Origin: Eledone cirrhosa
Taxonomy: Eukaryota
NCBI GenBank assembly: GCA_964016885.1
Contig: OZ024747.1
Location: 28,954,001 to 29,018,000 of the forward strand
Length of the DNA: 64,000 nucleotides
Direction: 5' to 3'
Shown here: positions 63,735 through 64,000 of the stretch, piece by piece
How positions within the stretch are numbered: position 1 is the first letter of the stretch
Layout: every line of letters starts with the position of its first letter
The notes under the pieces: model-generated
The model's input: the letters and a program-made list of their open reading frames with translations, nothing else
Databases searched by the model: none
Told to the model about the DNA's origin: nothing
Position numbers and translations under genes: made by a program

Positions 63735-63838
63735 GCTGTCAAATTATTTTGACAAAAGAAATGGAAGGCCTTGAACTAACTCTACCACCAGCAACACGAA
63801 ATTTCTATGTTGATGGACATGAACCAACTCCACATTAA
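63735..63838 (+). CDS. FDX2: Ferredoxin-2 exon 6 (last)
   Basis: ttttcag|gc; encodes CQIILTKEMEGLELTLPPATRNFYVDGHEPTPH*. The RNFYVDGH..PH tail distinguishes FDX2 from FDX1. The six exons sum to 552 nt (183 aa + stop). Confidence 0.98.
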
Positions 63839-64000
63839 TTGGAATTATATTATTGATAATTAAAGACTCAATTGATTTCATTTTTTACCTCACTGTAACA
63901 ACATACACTAGAATATTTATATAAATATATTTGTAAATATGCTGTTTTCTTGTTCTAAAATGAAAATGGTCTGGTACAGGCAGTGGGATTAAGAAGTTTG

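Overview
AT-rich, microsatellite- and transposon-dense animal genomic DNA. The repeat families (RTE LINEs, tRNA-derived SINEs, (TA)n/(CA)n tracts) look like an octopus or other coleoid cephalopod; this is inference. Two host genes are supported, both on the + strand. (1) A ZNF800/Teflon-like C2H2 zinc-finger gene, with a large terminal exon at 24279-26385 and a probable small upstream in-frame exon at 21421-21471. (2) A complete six-exon mitochondrial ferredoxin-2 gene (FDX2, 57112-63838, 183 aa), which the ORF track misses. The rest is mostly mobile DNA: one apparently intact RTE LINE and one truncated one, both with a PHD-type zinc finger inside the RT C-terminal region; many short RTE-derived non-autonomous elements; a head-to-tail cluster of CRE-like (restriction-like endonuclease) retrotransposon 3' ends; Tx1/L1-like 3' ends sitting in GATA microsatellites; and piggyBac-like and pogo-like MITEs. 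The most notable non-coding signal is a near-canonical type I hammerhead ribozyme at 28663-28722 (- strand) inside a Penelope-type palindrome. All alignments and folds were done by eye, and repeat boundaries are approximate.
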